From: Octopus vulgaris
Lineage: Eukaryota
Direction of reading: 5' to 3'
DNA: 64,000 nt
NCBI GenBank assembly: GCA_951406725.2
Contig: OX597834.1
Coordinates: 39,432,001-39,496,000, forward strand
The notes under the pieces are model-generated. The model made no database searches. It had not been told where the DNA came from and saw only the letters and a list, made by a program, of their open reading frames with translations. The position numbers and the translations under genes are program-made. Shown here piece by piece: positions 30,991 through 43,614 of this stretch (the first letter of the stretch is position 1; every line of letters starts with the position of its first letter).

Positions 30991-31590
30991 AAACTGGTTA
31001 GAAGAATATATGTGCGCGTGCGCATCTGTGTGCGTTTGTATGCGTGTGTGTATGTGTGTAACTATCTATGCCAATCTGTGTATCTATTTTTAACGTAAAC
31101 CTATATTCATGCACATTCTCCGCAGTTTTGTGTACATATACGCACATAATTGTACACAATAATCAATGAGTGGTTGAATATGGTTCCACACACAGTAGAA
31201 GCTGGCATTGGTGTAATTGAAACGATTATTAGGGAAAATAGACAAATGTTTTCACAAAACACATTTGTGAGCGCTTGTGTATATATAAGCGTGAGCATGA
31301 ATAAATGCGTATACATATATATATATATATACATGCCACCGGTATGTTTCGTATGGTTGCATTGCTTCTAGCTCTATCTAGGTGGATGTGTTTGTGTGTA
31401 AGTATATAAATGCGTGTGCATGTGTAAGTATGTGTGTGTGTGTGTGTGTGTTTGTGTGTGCGTGCGTGTGTGTGTATGTTCGTTGATTCCCAGAGATGGA
31501 TGGATAAATATTTACATCATAGACACATAGACGGAAACGTGCGTTTGTCGGTTGCTTGCTAAGATTATACATACACTAATTTATACATAC

Positions 31591-31638
<48 letters not shown>

Positions 31639-31667
31639 GTATACATACACACGTATACATATACATA

Positions 31668-31715
<48 letters not shown>

Positions 31716-32192
31716 TATGTATATATATAATATTCATATACGTGTGTACGTATTGCATATATTCGTACATATGAAAATGTATCTGTATAGATATATAAGG
31801 CAATATATGTGTATATATGTATGTACGTAGAAATACAAGTCCCTATATATATATATACACACATACATAAATGCATACATACATACATACATACATACAT
31901 ACATACATACATTCATAAATACATACATACGTACGTATTTCGTACGTAGACTAAAGCCAGTGAGAATAGACATACAAACAGAGATATAGACGTATAAACA
32001 GACAGACAGATAGATAAACAGACAAAACGTAAGAGTCTTCCAGATCAAAGCGAAAATTGCAATGCCATCCACCAAACTGTACATACTACATACTCTCGGC
32101 AGAAAAAAACTTCTTTTTTCCCTTTCGTCAGATCGTTAAATAAAACACCAAACACTAACAATAATAATAATAACAATAATAATAATAATAAC

Positions 32193-32271
<79 letters not shown>

Positions 32272-32806
32272 TGATGGTGAGGGTGATGACGAGGGTGGCT
32301 GGCGCTGAAACAAACAGAAATAAATTTTAAAAGAGAGTTTTGGGAACTTACCGCCCATCTACCTGTATCCGGTTTGGGCGGAGAGGATTTGAGATCAAAC
32401 AATGTTAGCAGCTCTTTGCAGAAGTGTTAATACCTTTATTTTGTTTAGCTTGTCTTCATGTTATTTCTTTTTTAGAGGTGGGTGAGGGGGTGGGTTGGGT
32501 GGGTGGGTAGGGGGTGTCAAGGATTTTTTTATATAGCTTTTGTGCTTTCCTTTCTATTTTACGCATGTATGTACACCTACATATAATACATATTCTTACA
32601 TATACATACATACATATATATACTTATATATATATATATATACTTACATACCTATATACATATATATATATTTATATATATATATATGATGTATATATAT
32701 ATGCACATATATATATATATAAAATATACATATCTATATATACATATATATATACACATATATATATATATATATATATATAATATACATATATATATAA
32801 TATACA

Positions 32807-32881
<75 letters not shown>

Positions 32882-33009
32882 ACACATATATATATATGTG
32901 TGTGTGTAGTTTTCATCTTTTACTATTACCGTTATTATCATTACTATTATTATTATTTTTGTTGTTACTTTTTATATCATCATCATCATAGTCATCAGCG
33001 TGATCACAG

Positions 33010-33156
33010 TCGCCACCACCACCACCACTACCACTACTGCTACTAAGAGTACTATTACCACCACCACTACAACTGCTACTATTGCTACTATGACTACTAC
33101 TATTACCAACACCACCACCATTACTACTACAACTCCTACTATTGCTACAGCGATTA

Positions 33157-33189
<33 letters not shown>

Positions 33190-33750
33190 AACTACCAATA
33201 CTACAACTACCAATACTGCTAACACTACTACTAACACTAGAACTACTACTACTACTACTACCACCGCCATCCTCATCACCACCACCAACATCAACAACAC
33301 TACTACTACCACCACCAACACCACTACCATTATCTCTACAACGACGACGACGACCACCACCACCACCACCACCATTACTGTTACAACTACTACTACAACT
33401 ACTACTTCTACCATAACTAAAACCCCCACCACCACCAACTACGACAACTACTACTTCTACCACAACTAATAAAACCACCACCACCACCACCACCACCACC
33501 ACTACTGCCACAACTACTACGACAACTACTACTTCTACCACAACTAATAAAACCACCACCACCACCACCACCACCACCACTACTGCCACAACTACTACGA
33601 CAACTACTACTTCTACCATAACTAATAAAACCACCACCACCACCACCACCACTACTGCCACAACTACTACGACAACTACTACTTCTACCATAACTAATAA
33701 AACCACCACCACCACCTCCACTTCCACTACTACCACTACTACTACTACTT
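33010..33750. repeat. (ACT/ACC)n tract containing a 60-69 bp higher-order tandem unit
   Basis: ACTACTTCTACCA(T/C)AACTAATAAAACCACCACC recurs about five times between 33400 and 33720. Confidence 0.9.
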
Positions 33751-34344
33751 TAGCTGCGTTCATGTTCTTTTTTTTTTCAAATTTTTATCGTTTACTCTTT
33801 GTTTGTTTTTCTTTTTTTTACCGTTTCCACTTCGTTGTTGATGTGATGTTATGTAAGTCAAAGCGATTCCTGTTATTTGTCCGTCAACAGTCACTCTTCG
33901 ACATATTCCAGTCGGCTTGTTCTGAGGTTGTCAAGGGTTTTTCGGGGAAGGGGTCCTTTTTTGGGGGGTTTTTTTTTTTTTGCAAACATACCCCAATTCT
34001 ACCACCACTCAACCCCCACCCCCACCCCATCCCCTCATATTTCTGAGTGGGAGAAAAATCTGTTGTTTATTTATTCCTTCCTTCATTTATATATTTATGC
34101 AATTTTTATGCTGTTGTTTTTTTGTGTGTGTGTCGGTGGTGGTGGTGGTAGTGGTGGTGGTTGTGGTGGTGGTGGGGTTACGTAGGTGAGATGTAGGGGC
34201 GGGAGTGGTGTGGAGGTTATGAAATGTAGTCGTCTGGTGGGGGGTGAGGGTGGGGGGAGGGATAATATCTAGTCACGACCTACATTCTTAGCTGCCTAGC
34301 ATCTAGAAAATGCTGCTGGTTGCAAATAAACTCAGTCAGGACGC

Positions 34345-34423
34345 AACAGCAGCAGTAACAGTGGCAGCAGCAGCAGCAGCAGGAGTAGTAGAAGTAGTAG
34401 TAGTAGCAGTAGCAGTAGTAGTT

Positions 34424-34505
<82 letters not shown>

Positions 34506-34547
34506 CACCACCAGCAGCAGCAACACCAGCAGCAGCAGCAGCAGTAA

Positions 34548-34605
<58 letters not shown>

Positions 34606-34700
34606 GGTGATGGTAGTGGTAGTAGTGCTAAGAAGTAAACAAGTCTTACAGCAACAACAAGAAGAACAACAGAAACAGGCAGCAACAGCAACAACAGCAA
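34345..34700. repeat. (AGT)n/(AGC)n trinucleotide tract
   Basis: Direct inspection. Confidence 0.9.
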
Positions 34701-34924
34701 TAGCAACAGTGACAAGGTCGAAGATCGAATTAGAACATAAAACGATATAAACGATGCGCAAACAGATTCGAGTAAGCATTAAATCGAACATCAAAACAAA
34801 AAAAATCTCAATCTACGAAACCAGTGGTAGAGGCATTCAATTTCTCTCTCTATGTGTAAGAGTTATTGAAACCGACGGGAGATAAATCATACGAAGGAGA
34901 AGAGAGGAAAAGAAAAGACCATCC

Positions 34925-35510
34925 GCACACGTGACTGTTTGGTAGGAAGCTTCCTTCGCAAACAACATGGGCAGGTTTCTTCGATTATAGACCCCCTGGC
35001 TGATAAAACCTTGTGACTAGATTTGTTTGACGAAAACTGAATGAAACCTGTAATGTATATATATTTTGTTGACATCATAAGAATCTTTTAGACTTTCGAA
35101 AGAACGAAAAATAATTCTATTTTGGAATGTCACGAAAGACACATATAAAGCTTTTCTATCAAAAAAGATATTTGCAACCCAATGTTTACATGTTATTTTT
35201 TATAGCTTTATGTAAGTTCTTCGAGATACGCCATTACAAAAAAGAACTGTGTGTGTGTGTGTGTGTCTTTATGTATGTATTTATGTCCGTGTAGCGTTTC
35301 GTGCTTATGTTTGTCGAACACCACGGCTTAACAGCTGTTATTAGTTTGCTTTCGCACTTGTACTTAGCGGTTCGATAAAAGACACCGATAGAATAAGTAC
35401 CAGGCTTAGAAACAATAAGTCCTGGAGTCAATTTCTTCGAATAAATCCTTCAAGACGGTGCTCCAGCATGGCCGCAGTCCAGTGACTGAAGCAAGTGACT
35501 GATAAAAGGG
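34925..35510 (+). mobile_element. SINE family B pieces (5' part about 34925-35055, 3' part about 35290-35510)
   Basis: AAAACCTTGTGACTAGATTTG...AAACTGAATGAAACC, and TACTTAGCGGTTCGATAAAAGACACCGATAGAATAAGTACC...GGTGCTCCAGCATGGCCGCAGTC. Confidence 0.75.
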
Positions 35511-35699
35511 TAAACAATATAATAATGTGGAAATCCTAAATTCTGCTGGAGTTTGTATTGAACGAAATACTAAATACGAATCCGAAGCTATAAACTGTTT
35601 GGTTGTTCTGCTGAGATGTTGGATATTGAAAGTGTATTTACGAAGATGCGGGGTCGAGTGATGAGGGGGTTGTGAAGTGTGGACAGAGATGAAATTAGG

Positions 35700-36264
35700 G
35701 TCTGCACAAAAACCAAATCAAATCTTCTGCTGAATTTTTCAATTTGTTTTAAGGGCCTTTTAGATCTGATGCAGTAATTTTCTTTTGCTTTTTCTAACAA
35801 ACTGACCTTTCCTCGTCATATAAAACTTATATCTGATGTCTTCGTGGACAACATTTCTGACTGTTCCTTCTGACACATGGAGATCTTTTGCAATTGACCT
35901 CATGGACTTTCTGGGATTGAAATCAATGGTTTGTTGAACTTGCTGAATAAATTCAGGTGTTCTGATGATTTCAGAGCCTTTAAAAGTTTTTTTATGCATT
36001 GATACAGTTGATATGTTTCCATCTTCAATCTCTAGCTCCTTACTAACTTCGTAGATGAAAGATCTGACAACTTTAAAAAATCGATATATTTCTAAATCGC
36101 TATGCTCAGCCTTTATAACCACAATAACTGCATACCTCTTCATTTCTTGAGTAAGCTGATTGCCTACCATTATTATTTTCTGAAACAAAGATTATACAGA
36201 GTTAGCAAAAAATTCAGCAATGAACCCAAAGAGGTATGTCCTCAAATACCTTACGCACCCTCTG
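35700..36264 (-). mobile_element. DD37D (maT-type) Tc1/mariner element, 5' TIR and N-terminal HTH half of transposase (pseudogene)
   Basis: ORF 35760-36188 gives MVGNQLTQEMKRYAVIVVIKAEHSDLEI...IRTPEFIQQVQQTIDFNPRKSMRSIAKDLHVSEGTVRNVVHEDIRYKFY (paired HTH). After a frameshift it continues EKAKENYCIRSKR. The terminus CAGAGGGTGCG lies at 36264; the catalytic domain is absent. Confidence 0.85.
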
Positions 36265-36359
36265 TGTGTGTGTGTTTACGCGTGTATGTGTGTGTGTGTG
36301 TGTGTGTATGTGTGTGTGTGTACGCGTGTATGTGCCTGTGTGTGTGTAATGTGACCGCG

Positions 36360-36548
36360 TGTGTACCGTTGGCGATTTTGTTTTCCTCCGTCTTCCCTTC
36401 CTTGGATCTTTCCTTTTTCTATGTTTCTGACGAAGAGCTCCGCTCTAAACGTTAAATCCTTCTTTCTTTCCTTTTCCGAGCGTCCAATAACACTATAATT
36501 GTTCCACATCTTCGCGTTGCTGTGTTTTCTCTTTGTGTTTTCATGTTT
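36360..36548 (+). mobile_element. Penelope-like short element with mutated hammerhead (36423-36457)
   Basis: Closely similar to 61140-61338. GTTT-CTGACGA-A-GAGC-TCC-GCTC-TAAACGTT-AAAT has GAAA changed to TAAA. The 3' end is clipped by a SINE B copy. Confidence 0.75.
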
Positions 36549-36944
36549 CTGTGTGGTAAGTAGTTTGTTTACCAACCACATGGTTCCGGGTTCAGTCCCA
36601 CTGCGTGGCACCTTGGGCAAGTGTCTTCTACTATAGCCTCGGGCCGACCAAAGCCTTGTGAGTGGATTTGGTAGACGGAAACCTAAAGAAGCCCGTCTAT
36701 GTATGTATATATATATATATATGCGTGTGTGTGTTTGCGTATCTGTGTTTGTCCCCCTAGCATTGCTTGACAACCGATGCTGGTGTGTTTATGTCCCCGT
36801 TACTTAGCGGTTCGGCAAAAGAGACCGATAGAATAAGTACTGGGCTTACAAAAGAATAAGTCCCAGGGTCGAGTTGCTCGATTAAAGGCGGTGCTCCAGC
36901 ATGGCCGCAGTCAAATGACTGAAACTAATAAAAGAGTAAAGAGT
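36549..36944 (+). mobile_element. SINE family B, near full length, young
   Basis: Complete body with tRNA-like B box GGTTCAGTCCC, CORE-like CACCTTGGGCAAGTG, internal microsatellite and AAAAGAGT tail. Confidence 0.92.
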
Positions 36945-37466
36945 ATATATGTATTTATCTCGTTCGGCTTAACAGCCCTTCTTGTTTGTGTTACTGTTAT
37001 TCTCCTTGTCCTGTCTTTTACTGTTTATATTTGGTACTGTCGTTACTGTCCTGTTTTTGTTACCATTTTTACCCCTCCGCAAAAAAATCTCAAATTTTAT
37101 TTTAATTCGATTTTCGCGGGAAGGAATGTTTCCACCTTCGAAACGTGGAGTAGATGAAACAGAGGCGGCTGAAGAAGGGGAATTTCCCTTGTATTGTATG
37201 TCTTGTTCTCTATTTTTTCGTTGTTTAAGAAAAATGTCCATTTCCTTGGTTTTGTGTTTATGTTTTCGTTTCTCATTGTGTTCGACGTTTTTTTATTTTG
37301 GTGTCCTGTACCCATATATGCATGTATATATAAATGTAGAGGTAGGTACGTACATATATGTATGCATATATGCATATGTTTTATTTATTTATTAATTTGT
37401 ATATATATATATATATATAAATACGTATACACATATATATGTAAATATATATGTGTCTGTGTGTAC

Positions 37467-37511
<45 letters not shown>

Positions 37512-37654
37512 TATATGTATGACCATATATAGGAGAGGGTAAGAGAGAGAGGGAGAGAGAATACATAAGTGCATGCAAACATACATATATACACATATAC
37601 ATACACTCATATATATAGACACACATCTACACATACATACACATATATATACAA

Positions 37655-38038
37655 TGGAAGCACTCCGTCGGTTACGACGATGAGGGTTCCGGTTGATCCG
37701 AATCAACGGAACAGCCTGCTCGTGAAATTAACGTGTAAGTGGCTGAGCACTCCACAGACACGTGCACCCTTAACGTAGTTCTCGGGGATATTCAGCGTGA
37801 CACAGAGAATGACAAGGCCGGCCCCTTGAAATACAGGTACCATAGAAACAGGAAGTAAGAGTGAGAGAAAGTTGTGGTGAAAGAGTACAGCAGGGATCAC
37901 CACCATCCCCTGCCGGAGCCTCGTGGAGCTTTAAGGTGTTTTCGCTCAATAAACACTCACAACGCCCGGTCTGGGAATCGAAACCGCGATCTTATGACCG
38001 CGAGTCCGCTGCCCTAACCACTGGACCATTGCGCCTCC
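37655..38038 (-). mobile_element. SINE family D, full length (tRNA-like head; possibly one of the octopus OR-type SINEs)
   Basis: Minus strand GGAGGCGCAATGGTCCAGTGGTTAGGGCAGCGG (A box)...GGTTTCGATTCCC (B box), then a non-tRNA body. Related heads lie at 11048 and 46897. Confidence 0.88.
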
Positions 38039-38273
38039 ACATATATATACAATACATGCATACAATATATACATACAAAGATACACACATATACACACAT
38101 TCATACATACATGCATGTATGTATACATACATGAATGTATATATGCATACATATATGCAGACATACATACAACATACACACATATATGCATGCATACATA
38201 CAACATACACATATATGCAGACATACATACAACATACACACATATATGCATGCATACATACATACATACATAC

Positions 38274-38842
38274 GTACCAGTGAAGACCTCAATAAAATGT
38301 AAGCACAACAGGCCTGATAATATGATTTGGGATAGTGAAGAGAAACTGTGCACAGTTGTGGAAATTAGCTGAACTATTGAGAAATCTGCAGTTACTCTAT
38401 CCAGATTACAAGTTCAGGCTGATGCCAGTAATTATTGGGGTCCTGGGATATGTAACACACTGCCTAAATACCAATCTTGAGAAATTAGGCTTCTCAAAAC
38501 CAGAAACGAGAAAGTTAATTCGAAGATTACAGATCCAATCCATCACAGAATCTGTAAAGATCTGTAAAACTTTCTAGAAGTTTATCACTTAAATATATAT
38601 GAGCATGTCTAGATATGCAAATATATGCATGAGAATACATACATAAAGCAAAACATACAAATCTGCGTACACACATACATACATACATACATACATACAT
38701 ACATACATACATACATACATACATACATACATACAAAAATACCCTGTTGTTGATGTTGAAATTCCAATGAAGGAATCTAGGATCTTGGTTAGACATTGGT
38801 TCTTTATCTATTGGCAAGAAATCTTGAAATAAAACTGAATGA
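38274..38842 (+). mobile_element. 5'-truncated REL-endonuclease non-LTR retrotransposon (R4/Dong-like) in (CATA)n
   Basis: VPVKTSIKCKHNRPDNMIWDSEEKLCTVVEIS carries the RPD...E motif of a restriction-like endonuclease. After a deletion/frameshift at about 38370 it reads ELLRNLQLLYPDYKFRLMPVIIGVLGYV...ICKTF*KFIT*, then a 3' UTR ending AATAAAACTGAATGA and a (CATA)n tract. Confidence 0.8.
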
Positions 38843-38993
38843 CATACATACATACATACATACATACATGCATACATAAATACATACATACATACATACA
38901 TGCATGCATACATACATACATACATACATACATACATACATACATACATAAATACATACATACATACATACATACATAAATACATACATACAC

Positions 38994-39025
<32 letters not shown>

Positions 39026-39260
39026 TTATACATACATACATACACACATACATACATACATACATACATACATACATACATACATAAATACATACATACA
39101 TACATACATACATAAATACATACATACATACATACATACATAAATACATACATACACACATACATACATACATACATACATACATACATTTATACATACA
39201 TACATACATACATACATACATACATACATACATACGTACATACATACATACGTACGTACG
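38843..39260. repeat. (CATA)n tetranucleotide tract
   Basis: Direct inspection. Confidence 0.95.
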
Positions 39261-39399
39261 TACACGGTCTTTAAGCGTTTAACGCTGTACAACCGACGAA
39301 GATAAACGCTGTGGATGTTGTGGTTTCCAAAGGAAGGAGACAAACGGCTCAGATAAGATGAGATGAGTAAAAACATAGTTTAGAAACATTAACAATTAG

Positions 39400-41144
39400 G
39401 GTGGTGAAGGTGGTGAGGGCGGCGGTGGCGTTGGCGGCGGCGGTGGTGGTAGTGGTGGAGGTGTTGGTGTTGGTGTTGGTGGTTCTTTTGTTTATTGTTG
39501 TGGCGCTGGTTATAGTGATGATTGTGGCGAAGGTGGGGGAGGAGGCAGTGGCGTTGATGGTTGTGGTAGTGGCGGTGGGGTTGTGGCGTCAAGGGTTTTG
39601 GTGGTGGTCGTTGTGGTGGTAGCAGTGATACTGGCGGTGTTGTTGGTGGTCGTGTTAGGATTGGTGGTGGTGGTGGTAGTTGTGGTGGTGTTGGTGGTTT
39701 GGCGGTGATGCCGGTATTGATGGTAAGGTAACGATGGCGGTGCTGGTGGTTATAGAGCGAAGTTGTTGTTGTTGTTGTTGGTGGTGTTGTGGATAGAGAT
39801 GGCGGTAGTGATGGTGGTTACAGTAACAATAATCAGTGGCGGTGATTGTGCTGTGGTGGTGGTGATGGTCGGATGGTTGCGGGATTGGAGACGATGGTTA
39901 TGGTATTTAGATGGTGGTGATGTTGGGGTTGGTGGTGGTAATCGTGGAGTCCGTTGTTGTTGTTGTTGTTGTTGTAGTGACAGAAATGGTGTTGGTGATA
40001 GTACTTGGCGTTGGTGGTGACGGCGTCTGCTGTGGCGGCGATGACGACGACGGCAATGGCGGCGTTTGTGCGGGGGGGGGGGGAGCGATTGCTGCAATGT
40101 CGGCAATGGCGGCGACGGCTGCGACGACGACGACGACTGCAACGGTGGTGGCGGCAGCGGCGGTGACAACAGCAATGGTGGCGGCGGCAGCGGCGGGTGC
40201 AGCGGCGATGATGCCGTTAGTATGAAGCGATAAGGCCATTTCCACTGTTAAAGATTGCTGTTCTTCCATCATCTGATCTCTCTGACGATAACAGTTAACG
40301 ATGAGTTTGACCGTTTCGTCATTCGGTTTGAACCGGATGGCGGTAGAGTGTGTGGGGGAGAGCGGGGGAGAGCGGGAGAGAGAAGGGGAAGAAGTGGAGG
40401 AAGTGCTACTAAGGGTAGGAGGTGGAGGAGAAGGTCCGGGTGGCACGTGTATGCGAGGGGGATAGGAGGAGGAGGAGGAGGAGGGTGTAAGGGTTCGGAT
40501 TTTCTTCGTTCGCGTATTGTTTTTGTTTTTTCATTCATATATATATGTATATATGTATATATATGTATGTATATATATATATATGATGTTTGTTTAGTTT
40601 AAGTAACTGTGGAATAGCGTGGAGCGTGTGGGGTGGAGGTGGAGGGTGTGGGGTGGAGGGGAGAAGAGTCTTCGATCAGGCAGAAGATGATTGCCATTTT
40701 CCTCAATTGATTTCGTGCCGTTCGGAAGCAATGGACTTTAGAAGCGTATGTTGTCATAGGATCTCTCCCCCTCTCTCTCTCTCTCTCTCCCCCCCTCCCT
40801 CTCTCTCTCTCTCTTTTAATCCTGCAATCTCTTTCGTTCACTTTCTCCCTACCTTTCCCTCTTTGCTCTCTTCCCTATATTCATTCTCCCTTTCCTCACT
40901 CACTCGTTCATTCACTCTCTCTCTCTCTCTCTCTTCCTCCGTCTCTCTCTCTCTCTCTCTCTCTCACTCTCTCCCTCTCTCTCTTTTAATCCTGCAACCT
41001 ATTTCGTTCACTCTCTCTCTCTCTCTCTATCTTTCTCGCCTTGCTCTCTTCCCTATATTCCTTCTCCCTTTCCTCATTCATTCACCCTCTCTTCCCCCGT
41101 CTCTCTCCCTCCATCTCTCGCTCTCTCGCCCCTCCCTCTCTCTC

Positions 41145-41186
<42 letters not shown>

Positions 41187-41753
41187 CCCTGCAATCTCTT
41201 TCGTTCACTCTCTCCTTATATTTCCCTCTTTGCTCTCTTCCCTGTATTCCTTCTCCCTTTCCTCACTCACTCATTCATTCACTCTTTCTCTCTCTCTTCC
41301 CCCGTCTCTCTCTCTCTCTGCCTCCTTCCCCCCTCTCTCTCTCTCTGCCAACTTTTTTTCCGTACGATGTCGAGTCGCTGATGTTGTTGTTGCTGTTATT
41401 GTTGTTGTTGTTGGAGGTCGTGGTCGTGGTCGTGGTGGTTGTGATGCAGACGAAGGAGAGATGAGGAGGTGAGAGGAATGGTGTCGACAGGCGATAGAGG
41501 GGTGGCGGGTGGGGTGGTTGAAAGACAAACAGGAAATAATGAAGATGAGCATGATAACGATAGTTGTGGCGATGGCGATGATGGTGCAACGATTATGAGA
41601 GCGATGGCGGGGTGTGGGGGTGGCGACGGTGATGGTGGCAGTCAGTGGTGGTGGCGGTGGGGATGGTGACCGTGATTGTAGTGGTGGTGGTGGTGGTGGT
41701 GGTGATGATGGAGATCATAATAAGGATCATGACGAGAATAATAATGAAGATGG

Positions 41754-41788
<35 letters not shown>

Positions 41789-42210
41789 CTGAGGAGGACG
41801 ATTACAACGAGGACGACGACGATGAAAGATGATGATGATGATGATGATGATGATGGCATGATGAGGAAGAAGAGGAGAAGGGGGGGAAAGGAGGACAACG
41901 ACGACGATGGAAAATGATGACGATGATGATGATAATGATGACGACGTCGACGACTACGACGACGACGACGACGATGATGATGATGATGATGATGATGACT
42001 GATGGTATGATGATTATGATAATGATTACGGTGACGATGATGTTGATGATCACGAGAATGATGATGCTTATGCCGTTGCTGCTGATGGTGGTGATGATGA
42101 TGATGAGGAGGAGGATAATAATGATGGTGATGGTGATGGTGGTCGTGGCAGTGATGTTGGTGGTGGTGGTGGTAATGATGATGATGATGACGACGATGAC
42201 GATGGTGATG
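39400..42210. repeat. GC-richer compound low-complexity region: (GGT/GGC/GAC)n, (CT)n, (GAT)n around unique cores
   Basis: GGT/GGC at 39400-40215; CT tract at 40765-41345 with triplicated AA(T/C)CCTGCAA..TTTCGTTCACT; GAT tract at 41640-42210. Confidence 0.85.
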
Positions 42211-42425
42211 ATATAAAACAACAACAAAAAATAACAAGCGAAACACAATAACAGCCACAACAACATACAAACACCACTGCATTCTCTCTCCGGTGCACTT
42301 TTGGCTTTGCATAAACAATATTGCACTAAACCACTGATACAGCCACGACACCACTACCAACAACAACAACAACAACAACAACAACCACCACCATCACCAC
42401 CAGAATAACATTATTATTATTATTA

Positions 42426-42627
42426 AGGCGGTGAGCTGGCAAAACAGTTACCCATGCCGGTCAAAATGCTTAGTGGCATTTCGTCCGTCCTTAGGTTCTG
42501 AGATCGACTTTGCCTTTCATCCCTTTCGGGTTCGATAAAATAAGTACCTGTGAAACACTGGGGTCGATGTAATCGACTAGACCCACCTCTCCCAAAATTT
42601 CAGGACTTGTGTCTATAGTAGAGAGAA
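42426..42627 (+). mobile_element. SINE family A with (ATT)n-type tail and internal deletion
   Basis: AGGCGGTGAGCTGGCA head, GACTTTGCCTTTCATCCCTTTCGGG, tail CCCAAAATTTCAGGACTTGTGTCTATAGTAG. Confidence 0.85.
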
Positions 42628-42677
42628 TTATTATTATCATTATTATTATCATTATTATTACTATTATTATTGTTATT

Positions 42678-42782
42678 GCCTTTGCATAGCTTCTAACGCT
42701 GGGGATGTACTACAGTGTCAGCTGTTCACTACCAGTGAACTAAGGTTAACACCTCTTATTTTTCGTGTACCTTCCGGAGTAT
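42678..42782 (-). mobile_element. Extreme 3' end of an R4/Dong-like retrotransposon
   Basis: Minus strand ATA CTC CGG AAG GTA CAC GAA AAA TAA = ILRKVHEK* (compare ARILRKVL), then an approximately 80-bp 3' UTR and an (AAT)n-like tail. Confidence 0.65.
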
Positions 42783-43614
42783 TGTTTCGGGAGTATACTT
42801 CCAATAGTATACTTCCAGTAGTATACGTTCAAGACTATTCCTCTAGGAGTATACCTTTAGGAGTAAACCTTCATGAATATGCCTTCAGGTGTATATCTTC
42901 AAGAGTATAATTTCACATGTATACATCCAGGAGTATGCATTCAGGCGTATAACTTCAGGAGTATAATTTCAGGGTGTAGATTCGGGAGTACACCTTAAGA
43001 AACATACCTTCAGATGTATACTTTCAAGGGTATGCCTTCAGGAGTATAATTTCAGGTCTATACCTTCAAGAATATGCCTTCAGGAGTATACCTTCAAGGG
43101 TGTAGCTTCGGGAGTATACCTACTAGAATATACTTTCACATGTATGTCTTCAGGTGTATGCCCTCAAGAATATACCTTCGGATGTATACCTTCAAGAGTA
43201 CAATTTCACGTGTATACATCCAGGAGTATGCACTCAGACGTATACCGCCAGGAGTATAATTTCAGGAGTATATCTTCAAGAGTATAATTTCAGGGGTGTA
43301 GTTTCTGGAGTTCACCTACGGGAGTATGCCTTTAGAAGATAATTTTCAAGACTATGGCTTCAGGTGTTTGCCTTCAAAATGTATAATTTCTGGAGTATCC
43401 TTTCAAGAATATGCCTTCTGGAGTATACTTTCAGGAGTATACCTTCAAGAGTATATAATTTCAGGAGTGCCAGGAGTGTAGATTCTGAAGTATACCTTTC
43501 AGGTGTATGCCTTCAGGAGTATAGTTTCGGGAGCATATCGTCAGGAGTATACCCTTCAGGGTATAATTTCAGGAGTATGCTTTCAAGAACATTCCTGCAG
43601 GAGTATATCTTCAA
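42769..43614. repeat. Degenerate minisatellite, 14-bp unit ACCTTCAGGAGTAT, about 60 copies, with a higher-order repeat of about 293 bp
   Basis: The unit recurs throughout. The variant string TGTATACATCCAGGAGTATGCA occurs at about 42918 and 43211. Confidence 0.92.

Noticed and set aside
42319-42340. TATTGCAC miR-92-family seed match
   Set aside because: The following sequence does not match miR-92 and no hairpin precursor can be formed.
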